Virus record (IMG/VR): IMGVR_UViG_3300022698_000267
Location: 37,575-101,574 of that record
Length of the DNA: 64,000 nucleotides
Origin: a virus
Strand: one strand, 5' to 3'
Positions 54,251 through 62,802 of this stretch are shown here, in pieces. Position 1 is the first letter of the stretch. Each line of letters starts with the position of its first letter. The notes under the pieces were generated by a model that did not search any database, was not told where the DNA came from, and worked only from the letters and a program-made list of their open reading frames with translations. The position numbers were made by a program, and so were the translations under genes.

Positions 54251-55205
54251 AAAACTAACAGTTAATGAAAAAATAATAGTGTATATGATCTTTGGTTCTC
54301 ATCTATATGGAACTAACACACCTGATTCTGACACAGATTACAAAGGGGTTTTCTTTCCAACTAAAGAACAGATATTTCTTGGAAGAATCCCAAAATCTTA
54401 TTCCACCAGCCCAAAGAAAACAGGACAGGGACAAAAAAATACCTCTGATGATACTGATATAGAAATCTATTCTCTCCACTACTTTTTAAAATTAGCATGT
54501 GAAGGACAAACTGTTGCTATAGACATGCTTCACGCTCCAAGTCATATGCTTTTGGAATCTTCTGAGATTTGGGATTTCATTGTAGGAAATAAACATAGAT
54601 TCTACAGCAGAGATATGGATTCTTTTATTCGCTATGCTAGGAAACAGGCGGCTAAATATGGAATAAAAGGTAGTCGTTTAGCCGTAACCAAAGAATTTAT
54701 AGATTTACTAAATTCTGTTCCAGATGATACAAGACTTTCTGAGTTATGGAATAAACTTCCAGATGGTGAACATTGTTATTTTGTGGAAGATGACCCAAAA
54801 GGAATTGCTCAATATCAAATCTGTGGAAAAAAGTTTCAAGCTACTAGTAAAGCATTGTATGTTAAGAAAATAGTTCAAAGTTTCTATGATCGTTATGGTG
54901 AACGTGCTAAACAGGCTGAATTAAATCAAGGGATTGATTGGAAAGCAGTTTCACATGCTTTAAGAGCCGCTTATCAAACCAGGCAAATTTTAACAGAAGG
55001 AACCATAACTTATCCTCTAAAAGAATCTGGTTTTCTACGGGATGTGAAGCAGGGTTATTTTCACTACACTAAATACGTTGGTCCTGTTTTAGAAGCTCTT
55101 ATGGATGAACTTGAAGAGCTTTCTAAAAATAGTGATCTTCCTGCAACAGCCGATAGAAAGTACTGGGATACCTTCCTCATAGATCTCATCGATGCAACTC
55201 TTTAA
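54237..55205 (+). CDS. polymerase-beta-superfamily nucleotidyltransferase (minimal NTase; RlaP/CD-NTase-like)
   Basis: FGSHLYGTNTPDSDTDYKGVF = hG[GS]x9-13DxD; downstream TVAIDMLHAP third acidic strand; GGAG 7 nt before ATG. Confidence 0.6.
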   Translation: MIINEKLTVNEKIIVYMIFGSHLYGTNTPDSDTDYKGVFFPTKEQIFLGRIPKSYSTSPKKTGQGQKNTSDDTDIEIYSLHYFLKLACEGQTVAIDMLHAPSHMLLESSEIWDFIVGNKHRFYSRDMDSFIRYARKQAAKYGIKGSRLAVTKEFIDLLNSVPDDTRLSELWNKLPDGEHCYFVEDDPKGIAQYQICGKKFQATSKALYVKKIVQSFYDRYGERAKQAELNQGIDWKAVSHALRAAYQTRQILTEGTITYPLKESGFLRDVKQGYFHYTKYVGPVLEALMDELEELSKNSDLPATADRKYWDTFLIDLIDATL

Positions 55206-55213
55206 TTTCTAAA

Positions 55214-55259
55214 ACATTTGTAGACGTAAAGATTATTTTTATGATAGGTCTACAAATGT
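55214..55259. promoter_or_regulatory. perfect 12-bp inverted repeat with 22-nt loop (operator or weak terminator)
   Basis: ACATTTGTAGAC ... GTCTACAAATGT immediately after NTase stop. Confidence 0.4.
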
Positions 55260-55355
55260 ATTGGATTTCTGAAGAAGCTTTACAACAAGTTGATGAATTA
55301 ATCAAATCCTATAATCAACAACCAGGGTTACAGGAATTTGTAGTTGAGGATGATC

Positions 55356-55547
55356 ATGAAATCTCAAGCGATACTAGAAATAAAACAGGCACTACTGGAA
55401 GAGGCAGGACGTAGATATAAACAATCAAAACATTCATATTTCGGAGCTGCAGTTTATTCTACATTTCTTGATTTAGGAGAAGAGCTTCATAATTTAATGT
55501 TTGGAACTCCATCGGAAAGAAAGAAATTCGAGAAAGAAAATTCATAA
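55356..55547 (+). CDS. hypothetical protein
   Basis: GAGGAT RBS. Confidence 0.4.
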   Translation: MKSQAILEIKQALLEEAGRRYKQSKHSYFGAAVYSTFLDLGEELHNLMFGTPSERKKFEKENS

Positions 55548-55670
55548 GACTTAGGGATCAGAATGTTGCTACGTTTAATAAAATCAATTTTAGATTACTT
55601 AAAGGAAAGCATAAATCTTATAACCTCTCATTTCATGCAACACCCTCATTCTATTGAAAGGAGTATATCA

Positions 55671-56114
55671 TTGTCTAGAAATATTAACAAAGCAGGTTTG
55701 GAATTGATAAAAGATTTCGAGGGTTTTTATGCCGAAGCTTATATTTGTCCAGCTGGAGTTTGGACTATTGGATATGGACATACCAAAGATGTGCATAAAG
55801 GACAATGGGTTTCAAGACAACAGGCAGAGGAACTTCTACAAGAGGATCTGGAGGAAGCACAAGAGGCAGTAGAAAGGTATATAGAGGTTCCTTTGACAGA
55901 CAATCAGTTTGCTGCATTGGTAAGTTTTACCTTTAATCTTGGTGCTGGAAATTTAAAGACCAGCACACTCCTGAGAAAATTAAATGCAGGTGATTATGAT
56001 GCTGTCCCTTCCGAATTGGCTCGTTGGATTAAGGCTGGTGGAAAAACGCTGACGGGATTAGTCAGACGACGTGCTGCCGAAACTGAACTGTTTATGCAAC
56101 CAGATGAAGTTTAG
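55671..56114 (+). CDS. GH24 endolysin (lambda R / P22 gp19-type lysozyme), TTG start
   Basis: ELIKDFEGF...TIGYGHT...NQFAALVSFTFNLGAG; AAAGGAG 7 nt before TTG giving a 147-aa product. Confidence 0.8.
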   Translation: MSRNINKAGLELIKDFEGFYAEAYICPAGVWTIGYGHTKDVHKGQWVSRQQAEELLQEDLEEAQEAVERYIEVPLTDNQFAALVSFTFNLGAGNLKTSTLLRKLNAGDYDAVPSELARWIKAGGKTLTGLVRRRAAETELFMQPDEV

Positions 56115-56296
56115 CCAATTCTATAAGTGAAGCAACTAGGATGAAAAAATTAAGCAAATTAAAAACTCTACTGTTAGTTCTCAGCTACATTTTACCGATT
56201 ATAATAGCTTTGGCTCTTATTTATTATATCAAACATTCTTAAAAACCTTATTAAAAACTTTAGTAATAATTTAACTTTATTTGCAGGAGGTCGGTC

Positions 56297-56794
56297 ATGA
56301 GAAAATTTTTTCTGTTTTTAATCGTTAGTGCAGTCTTGGCAATGCTTGCCGGATGTGCTGGAACTCCAACACCTTGGAATCAACCTTGTACGATTTATGA
56401 TGACGTCGGAGCAACTCCGGAAAATAGTGTGATCGCAAAGTTGATTAAAAATCCTTGCGTTGCCCAAAAAATGCTTGTAACAGCAGCCAAGGCTCCATAC
56501 CTCTGGAAGAAACAAGAATATATTGATATGTTCAATAAATGGGAAACCTACATTGAAGAAATTGTTAGAGGGGGTGTAACATATTCCCAATTACAAACGA
56601 TTGTTATTGCTCAAGTTTCAAAGTTAAATGAGGAGGCTGGTGTTGTTCTGCTTATACTATCGGATGGAATTTTTGTTTTCAATGGAGAAACCGCTTTAAT
56701 TAGTGAAATCGATCAGACACTAATTTTAATGTCGTTGGAAGATTTGAAAACAAATGTCAATCAGTTGACGTTGATTGGTCGACAGCTGGAATAA
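56297..56794 (+). CDS. lipoprotein downstream of endolysin (spanin-like candidate)
   Basis: Lipobox LAMLAGCAG; GCAGGAGG RBS. Confidence 0.5.
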   Translation: MRKFFLFLIVSAVLAMLAGCAGTPTPWNQPCTIYDDVGATPENSVIAKLIKNPCVAQKMLVTAAKAPYLWKKQEYIDMFNKWETYIEEIVRGGVTYSQLQTIVIAQVSKLNEEAGVVLLILSDGIFVFNGETALISEIDQTLILMSLEDLKTNVNQLTLIGRQLE

Positions 56795-56817
56795 AAGTAT
56801 AGTACAATTGTTTAATT

Positions 56818-56860
56818 AGAAAAGAGGGTGTCAAATCATAAAATTGACACCCTCTTTTAG
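56818..56860 (+). terminator. intrinsic terminator (15-bp perfect stem)
   Basis: AAAAGAGGGTGTCAA-9 nt-TTGACACCCTCTTTT. Confidence 0.65.
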
Positions 56861-56955
56861 TTTAACTACGTAATTTCTTCACAAATCACTTTTCTTTAAA
56901 ATTTTAAACTATTTCTAGAATAAATACTAAATAATAGGAATGGAGTGAGAATAAT

Positions 56956-57204
56956 ATGAAAGTAAAAAAAGTCAAAGGCTACTTTTACACTTATCGTGGA
57001 AATGGATATGGTCCGTTTATTAGTAAAGAGATTTGTACTGTTGAAATAGTAAATAGAATGTATAGTGATACTTCGGATATTGGAAGGAGTCTACTATTGA
57101 AGTACCAAGAAGGTAGATACAAACCTAGGATTTACTTTGGAACAGTACGTGTCAGTGGAGCTAAAGAGTTACTAAAATCTACATTAAAGGTTGTGCTAAA
57201 ATGA
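56956..57204 (+). CDS. hypothetical protein
   Basis: GGAGTGAG RBS. Confidence 0.45.
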   Translation: MKVKKVKGYFYTYRGNGYGPFISKEICTVEIVNRMYSDTSDIGRSLLLKYQEGRYKPRIYFGTVRVSGAKELLKSTLKVVLK

Positions 57205-57734
57205 AATTGATGAGTGAAGGAACAAAATCGTATCTGTTTGGATGTCATCATTTTATTCTACATCCTTACTCAGTTTTGAAAGCGTGGAGAAAAGAATATA
57301 AATCCTGGCCTACTTGGTGGGAACTAATTTGCATTCTCCTTCATGATATTGGGATTTGTGGAAGGGAATATTTATCTGATGGTAAAGCCAAACGAGGGCA
57401 CTGGGAAAAGGGAGCAGATTTATCTTTTAATGTAATTCTTCTCTTGGCTCCACGAAGAAGGCAATTTTATCTGGCTTATAGGGCTTATATATTCTGTGCT
57501 GGACATTGTCCAAGTGAGTCTGATTATACAATGAGTAGATTGTATAGAGCAGATAAAAAATCTTGGTTGGAAGCTCCAATGTGGTGGTTAAGGAGTAATG
57601 CCAGAATAGAAAAGTTTGTAATCTCTGCAGAAGAATGGGTTGCAATTGTTAGAAAACAATTAGAACATAAAGGTTACAATGGAGATGGTGCACATTCAAT
57701 GTATATGAATATCAGGAGTTTAAAGAATGAGTGA
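57201..57734 (+). CDS. hypothetical protein, possible HD-type phosphohydrolase
   Basis: CHHF...LLHDIG weak HD signature. Confidence 0.3.
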   Translation: MKLMSEGTKSYLFGCHHFILHPYSVLKAWRKEYKSWPTWWELICILLHDIGICGREYLSDGKAKRGHWEKGADLSFNVILLLAPRRRQFYLAYRAYIFCAGHCPSESDYTMSRLYRADKKSWLEAPMWWLRSNARIEKFVISAEEWVAIVRKQLEHKGYNGDGAHSMYMNIRSLKNE

Positions 57735-57918
57735 TGTAGAAATCGATTTGGAACTTATACGAAAAAGTCCTGCAGCGTATTTAGTTTCAGATGGTGAAAT
57801 AGAAGAGTGGTTACCAAAATCTCAGGTAGAAGTAGATTCTAATGACGATTTAGAAGAAGGACAAACTTATCTTTTCATTATTCCTGAATGGTTGGCATTT
57901 AACAAGGGTTTCGTATAA
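57727..57918 (+). CDS. hypothetical acidic small protein
   Basis: ATGA overlap. Confidence 0.4.
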   Translation: MSDVEIDLELIRKSPAAYLVSDGEIEEWLPKSQVEVDSNDDLEEGQTYLFIIPEWLAFNKGFV

Positions 57919-57956
57919 TTTCTTAAAGAAGTGCACAGCAATAAAATCCTTTCTTT

Positions 57957-58292
57957 TTATATCTTTATCTTCATAACTTTCATTTTAATTCTAAGACCAT
58001 AACCATCTTCAACATCATCAGGTAGCCATACTTGCACTTCTTGTTTAATTTCTTGAATGATATTTTTTTCATCTACAACAACAGTAACTCTCCATCTTTG
58101 GGAATCAACAGTTAGTGCAGTACCAGGTGTAATTACTCGAATCATATTAGGTCGTAGAGCATGAACAAAACCCAAAGCAGTAGAATCCCATTCTAATCCT
58201 TTTAGAAATTCTAATACTGGAATACTAGTACTACCAAAACGAATACTTTCTGGCATATAGGTTTTCCCTTGCATACTTCTATAATCTTTCAT
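57957..58292 (-). CDS. hypothetical protein
   Basis: AAGGAGAG RBS. Confidence 0.45.
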   Translation of the reverse strand: MKDYRSMQGKTYMPESIRFGSTSIPVLEFLKGLEWDSTALGFVHALRPNMIRVITPGTALTVDSQRWRVTVVVDEKNIIQEIKQEVQVWLPDDVEDGYGLRIKMKVMKIKI

Positions 58293-58312
58293 TTACTTCT
58301 CTCCTTTATTTA

Positions 58313-58534
58313 TCACAAACCATTTGCTATTTTTACCTCTTTTATCATTTTTTCAAGGGCAAACACATCAACTCGGCCTCCCCAATCGGCAATGGTTTGT
58401 TTATCTTCTTTTGAAACATATCCACTTACAATAGATGCTCGTAATTGTAATTCCCCATTCACTTCTACAGTACCAATACCTAAAGTTCCTCTGGCTCCAC
58501 TAACCCATGTAACATCTTTAAGAATTGTAGACAT
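58313..58534 (-). CDS. hypothetical protein
   Basis: AAGGAGG RBS before ATG (track start GTG). Confidence 0.45.
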   Translation of the reverse strand: MSTILKDVTWVSGARGTLGIGTVEVNGELQLRASIVSGYVSKEDKQTIADWGGRVDVFALEKMIKEVKIANGL

Positions 58535-58544
58535 TACCACCTCC

Positions 58545-58721
58545 TTATGAAGAAATAATTAAAATTGGTTTTACATCATGAATAGGATTGTTGCAGAATT
58601 TTCCTTTTTCCTTAGTCCAACCACATGAACATTTTTCCCAACAATCGCACTCCTCCATTTTAGCACCACACTTTACACAATGAACACTTTTATCAATTAA
58701 TTTATCAAGCAATGTATCCAT
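58545..58721 (-). CDS. Cys-rich 58-aa protein
   Basis: AAGGA RBS; CVKCG...CDCWEKCSCGW. Confidence 0.4.
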   Translation of the reverse strand: MDTLLDKLIDKSVHCVKCGAKMEECDCWEKCSCGWTKEKGKFCNNPIHDVKPILIISS

Positions 58722-58722
58722 T

Positions 58723-58992
58723 TTAATCCTTTTTAGGGTATAGAACAGATTGTTGCAAGGCCAGTGAATTCTCTAGCCATTTTTCAAGCATCAACCACTC
58801 AGTATTTTTGCCTTTTCTTTTTACAACTTGCATTGTAGAGCGACATAGTTCATTTGCTGATTTGAGAGTTTTTTCAAGTTTATCTATTCTTTCCTGCATT
58901 AATTCAATGTACTCACATCTTGAATTAATTTTAGTTGTTTCTGAACGCATATTTTTGATAATAGTTTCTGTATTTTCTTTAGACACTTCCAT
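58723..58992 (-). CDS. hypothetical coiled-coil protein
   Basis: AAGGA RBS. Confidence 0.4.
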   Translation of the reverse strand: MEVSKENTETIIKNMRSETTKINSRCEYIELMQERIDKLEKTLKSANELCRSTMQVVKRKGKNTEWLMLEKWLENSLALQQSVLYPKKD

Positions 58993-59006
58993 TTTCAAAT
59001 CATCCT

Positions 59007-59414
59007 TTAACTCAAAGTTCTACGTTTTTTAGATCTTTCACCCATGAATTCCCGTTTGTGTTTCTTTAGAAGACGAATAACATTTCCTTTAGTAGTTTCA
59101 CATTTCTCAGCTATTTGTTTTATTGTCATATCCCGCATTTTTTTAGGAGGTATCTGCAAAAAGTTCTCTTGCTTTACTCCAGGATGTATAGAAAATCTTC
59201 TTCCACCCCTTGGTTTCTGTACAAAGATGTTTATCTCTTTTAGATACCGTGTAACTCCATGTGGTGAAAGTCCCAATTTTCTTGCTAGAGGTCTTACATA
59301 AAACTCGCATTCTTTATAGAGATCAGCAATCCATTCCTCTGCCGTTTTGTAATTGGTTTTATTCCAAGTGTTGTAAGTGTCTTTAAAACTTTCCCAATCT
59401 ATACGAGTATACAC
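59007..59414 (-). CDS. DNA-binding protein with two HTH-like segments (GTG start)
   Basis: CGGAGG 6 nt before GTG; RKLGLSPHGVTRYL and IKQIAEKCETTKGNVIRLL. Confidence 0.45.
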   Translation of the reverse strand: MYTRIDWESFKDTYNTWNKTNYKTAEEWIADLYKECEFYVRPLARKLGLSPHGVTRYLKEINIFVQKPRGGRRFSIHPGVKQENFLQIPPKKMRDMTIKQIAEKCETTKGNVIRLLKKHKREFMGERSKKRRTLS

Positions 59415-59415
59415 A

Positions 59416-59673
59416 TTAATCCTCCGTTTTAGTAGTAACTGGTTCCCAACAATCACATTGCTTTACAGGAGCAAATTGGTCGTCTCGTTGAACAATATAT
59501 CCCATTTTTCTTTTGATTGGAGCAGGTAGTGGATAACGACAAATACCATCTCTAGTAAATTTTTCGGGGTTTAATTCGGAAATAACTGTTTTCCATTCTG
59601 ACCAGATTGGTTCCCATTTACAAGTCAGACACTTAAACTCAATTTGATTCTTCGATGATTGGGTCTTCTCCAT
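59416..59673 (-). CDS. Cys-rich small protein
   Basis: CLTCKW...CDCW. Confidence 0.4.
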   Translation of the reverse strand: MEKTQSSKNQIEFKCLTCKWEPIWSEWKTVISELNPEKFTRDGICRYPLPAPIKRKMGYIVQRDDQFAPVKQCDCWEPVTTKTED

Positions 59674-60448
59674 TGAAAATAACTCCTACTCTATTGGTTA
59701 CTTTAGAAAATACAGGCATATCTAGTCTTCTAACTTCTGTTCTTTCAATTTCTAGATCAGGATTCTCTCTTGCTTCATGTTTTGGTGGAAGTTTTTCAAT
59801 TTCTTTAGTATCAAACTTCCTAAGGACTGTTCTTTTTTGGAAGTACATTCCTCGTTTAAAATTAGCAGGATAATCATTCCAGTTCACACCTTTTTCAAAT
59901 AACATTTCCTGCATATCTTTTCCATTTTTCTTGTGTAATTGTTTGTGGGAATAGTATACTCTTGCTGCCATTGAAATACTATTTTTGGTAGCATCAAATT
60001 CTCTCCACAAAATAACATTGGCTGCTTCTTGTTTAGTCGGGACTTCCCATGCTCTACAATCGAATAGAGCAACTCTGTGTGCTTTTTCAGGAATCATCTT
60101 ACTTAAATAAGCATTAAAGGTTGCAGTGGTCACAGAAGTTAAAACAGAAACCATTTTCAATATTTTTCTATCAAAAAATATTTGGCTTTTCAAATTGTCA
60201 CTGTAATATACCAGACTAATTTCATCTGATTGTGTATGACCAATACAGGCATTAGTTTCTTTAACAAGAGTATCAACAACAATACCCATTAATTCTGATA
60301 GTCTTACATCATAAGGACGTTCTAATCCTTTTGTAAATTGACTGAAATTTTTACCATCAATTCGTACACAGATTGGAACCATAGGAAGAAACTTTCGTTT
60401 ACTTTCACGTCCTTCATACATTTTCATTCTGTCGCCTAAATCATCCAT
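59639..60448 (-). CDS. Thg1-like protein (tRNA-His guanylyltransferase family 3'-5' polymerase), catalytic residues intact
   Basis: PICVRIDGKNFSQF and IGHTQSDEISLVYY match Thg1 R(L/I)DGRNF and GQSDE metal-binding motifs. Confidence 0.7.
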   Translation of the reverse strand: MDDLGDRMKMYEGRESKRKFLPMVPICVRIDGKNFSQFTKGLERPYDVRLSELMGIVVDTLVKETNACIGHTQSDEISLVYYSDNLKSQIFFDRKILKMVSVLTSVTTATFNAYLSKMIPEKAHRVALFDCRAWEVPTKQEAANVILWREFDATKNSISMAARVYYSHKQLHKKNGKDMQEMLFEKGVNWNDYPANFKRGMYFQKRTVLRKFDTKEIEKLPPKHEARENPDLEIERTEVRRLDMPVFSKVTNRVGVIFNGEDPIIEESN

Positions 60449-60462
60449 TTATCATTTCCCTC

Positions 60463-61281
60463 TTATTTTGTATCAACAATTGGGTCTTCTCCATTGAAAA
60501 TAACTCCTACTCTATTGATTACTTCGGAAAATGGAGGCATGTCTAATCTTCTGACTTCCGTTCTTTCAAATTTCAGATCAGGATCTTTTCTTGCTATGTG
60601 TTTTGGTGGAAGATCTGTAATTTCCTCTTTATTGAACTTTTTGGAAACTTTTCTTCTTTGGAAAAAAGTTCCTCGTTGAAAACTAACAGGATAATCGTTT
60701 TTCCAATCCATATCTTTTTCAAGTAACATTGCTAATCTATCTTCTTCATTCTTTCCCAACAATTGTTTATGTGAGTAATATTGTCTTGCTGCTATTGAAA
60801 TACTTTTTTCAATTGCGACAGTTTCTTCCCATAGAATAATATTGGCTGCCTCTTCCAATGTTGGGACTCCCCAAGCTTTGCAAGAAAACACAGCAACACG
60901 GTGTGCTTTTTCTGGTATTACTTCTGGAAGGTATCTATTAAATGTTGCAGTAGTTACAGAAGAGATGACAGAAATCATTTTCATTATTTTTCTATCGAAA
61001 AATATTTGACCCTTCAAATCGTCATTGTAATAAATCAGATTGATTTCATTTGATTGTATATACCCAATGCAAGCATTAGTTTCTTTGACAATGGCTTCAG
61101 TAACAATCCACATCAAATCTCGCATTCGTGTATCGAAGGGTTTATCTAATCCTTTTGTAACTCGCTTCCAATCTATACCAGTAACTTGTATACAAATTGG
61201 AATCAAGGGCATAAATCTTCGATTACTTTCACTACCTTTGTAAAGTCTCGTTCTTTCAAATAAATCGTCTAATTTGTTCAT
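60463..61281 (-). CDS. Thg1-like paralog with degenerate active site
   Basis: About 45% similar to neighbour; PICIQVTGIDWKRV and IGYIQSNEINLIYY: first Asp to Thr, second Asp to Asn. Confidence 0.65.
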   Translation of the reverse strand: MNKLDDLFERTRLYKGSESNRRFMPLIPICIQVTGIDWKRVTKGLDKPFDTRMRDLMWIVTEAIVKETNACIGYIQSNEINLIYYNDDLKGQIFFDRKIMKMISVISSVTTATFNRYLPEVIPEKAHRVAVFSCKAWGVPTLEEAANIILWEETVAIEKSISIAARQYYSHKQLLGKNEEDRLAMLLEKDMDWKNDYPVSFQRGTFFQRRKVSKKFNKEEITDLPPKHIARKDPDLKFERTEVRRLDMPPFSEVINRVGVIFNGEDPIVDTK

Positions 61282-61290
61282 TTTAATCTC

Positions 61291-61533
61291 CTATAAAATG
61301 TCTTTATTCCAGCCGGGTTTTGTGTTATCAAGTCTTTTATACCAATCTTGATTGGCTAAGGTTATTGATGTACTCTTATTTTCATTCTGATCTTTCATGA
61401 AAGTCAAAGCTCGTAGAACGTAAAGATCTTTTTCTAGATATTCTTGTGCTACGTCAAGATGACAATGCTTTTTTACTACTTCCCTCATTGTCATAGAAAC
61501 TAATAGTCCGTCAATGATTTGTGAAGCATCCAT
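61291..61533 (-). CDS. hypothetical protein
   Basis: AAAGGAAA RBS. Confidence 0.45.
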   Translation of the reverse strand: MDASQIIDGLLVSMTMREVVKKHCHLDVAQEYLEKDLYVLRALTFMKDQNENKSTSITLANQDWYKRLDNTKPGWNKDIL

Positions 61534-61536
61534 TTA

Positions 61537-62022
61537 TCATTTCCTTTCTTTCCAATCAGTTATTTTAAAGGCTCTATCTTCGGTTATGTGAACAGAAAAT
61601 AATTTATCAAAACCTTCATTCATACTTGGTATTTCTAATCTTTGATAGCTGGCTATTACAGCTACTTTTGGAAGATTTTTATCAAGTCGTTTTTCATTTC
61701 TTTTTATACAGATATCTAAATTTGCCTGAAAATAAAAACCAATAATCGGCATTTTTACTTTCTTCAATAAGGGAAAGTATTTTTCTCTTTCTTTTTTAGA
61801 GGGATTGGTATTATCGATAACCATTGGTTGTTCTGTTTCAATACAAAATTGAATTAATTTTGATTCTCGATTTCTGGTTTTCAACATATCCAGATTGACT
61901 CTTATATGCGTATCTGCAAAGTTCTTCTGATAGAAGGTTGATTTTCCGGTGGCTGGGATTCCAATAAAAATTATGTTATTCCTTTTCCAAGAAGCTGTTG
62001 ACTTGTTTGAACTGCTTTCCAT
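61537..62022 (-). CDS. polynucleotide 5'-kinase, T4 Pnk kinase-domain-like, no phosphatase domain
   Basis: Walker A IIFIGIPATGKST, Walker B VIDNTN, lid CIKRNEKRL; GGAGGG RBS. Confidence 0.65.
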   Translation of the reverse strand: MESSSNKSTASWKRNNIIFIGIPATGKSTFYQKNFADTHIRVNLDMLKTRNRESKLIQFCIETEQPMVIDNTNPSKKEREKYFPLLKKVKMPIIGFYFQANLDICIKRNEKRLDKNLPKVAVIASYQRLEIPSMNEGFDKLFSVHITEDRAFKITDWKERK

Positions 62023-62023
62023 T

Positions 62024-62263
62024 TTATATCAAACCCTCCATCTTTAACAAAAATTGACAAGCTTTTAATCTAGTTTTAAATCCATCAGTCCCATTAAGAG
62101 GATGAGGTTTTCTCCACACAGCAGACCATCCAGAATATTTACCTAAATTAAAAACCTGTCCAATTAACTTGCCCCCAATGTAGAAAGCATAATGACTATT
62201 TTGTAACTTCTTAAAACCATAGTCCTCAACTTTTCCATTTACATTTAAAGAATACTTCGACAT
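62024..62263 (-). CDS. hypothetical protein, first gene of kinase/Thg1 operon
   Basis: TGGAGAAAAA RBS. Confidence 0.45.
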   Translation of the reverse strand: MSKYSLNVNGKVEDYGFKKLQNSHYAFYIGGKLIGQVFNLGKYSGWSAVWRKPHPLNGTDGFKTRLKACQFLLKMEGLI

Positions 62264-62414
62264 TTTTTCTCCAATAAAATCTTAAACTAATTTTAGTATA
62301 TTTTCAGGAAATACTAAAAATAATCGAACTTAAATTTTAGGGATGCAACCAGGTAAAAAATTATATAGGTTTTGAAGATGCTGTTGCTGAACAATTCATA
62401 GAAGGTGCTTAAAG

Positions 62415-62612
62415 ATGAAAGACTGGTTGTGGTTATATTTTACAGGTATTATTCTTGGAATTTATGCTTTTTTAATTATAACCCTTCGGATTTTGAAACG
62501 ATATCGTGAAAAGAAATTGGAAAATTGTCCCATGTGGATAAGAACCAATATTCCCAAATGGAATACTGGCAACAAGAAGAAAGATAAATACAAGAAGTGG
62601 AATCTAAAGTGA
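62415..62612 (+). CDS. small membrane protein
   Basis: AGAAGGTG RBS; one TM. Confidence 0.45.
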   Translation: MKDWLWLYFTGIILGIYAFLIITLRILKRYREKKLENCPMWIRTNIPKWNTGNKKKDKYKKWNLK

Positions 62613-62631
62613 TGTAAATGGAGAATTCAAA

Positions 62632-62802
62632 TCACTTCTTCTTTGGCTTCAATTTTGTTTTTGTTTCACCAGAATAGGTCTTCCCACCCTTTGAACAAAA
62701 TTTCCTGTACTGATTTTTCTTCAAACCGAACTTTTTGTTTGGTCCAGTAACAGTCCAAATCTTACCACCATCGGAAATGCATTTCATAAAATCAGCTGGC
62801 AT
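62632..62802 (-). CDS. 56-aa basic protein
   Basis: GAGGAGG 7 nt before ATG. Confidence 0.4.
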   Translation of the reverse strand: MPADFMKCISDGGKIWTVTGPNKKFGLKKNQYRKFCSKGGKTYSGETKTKLKPKKK

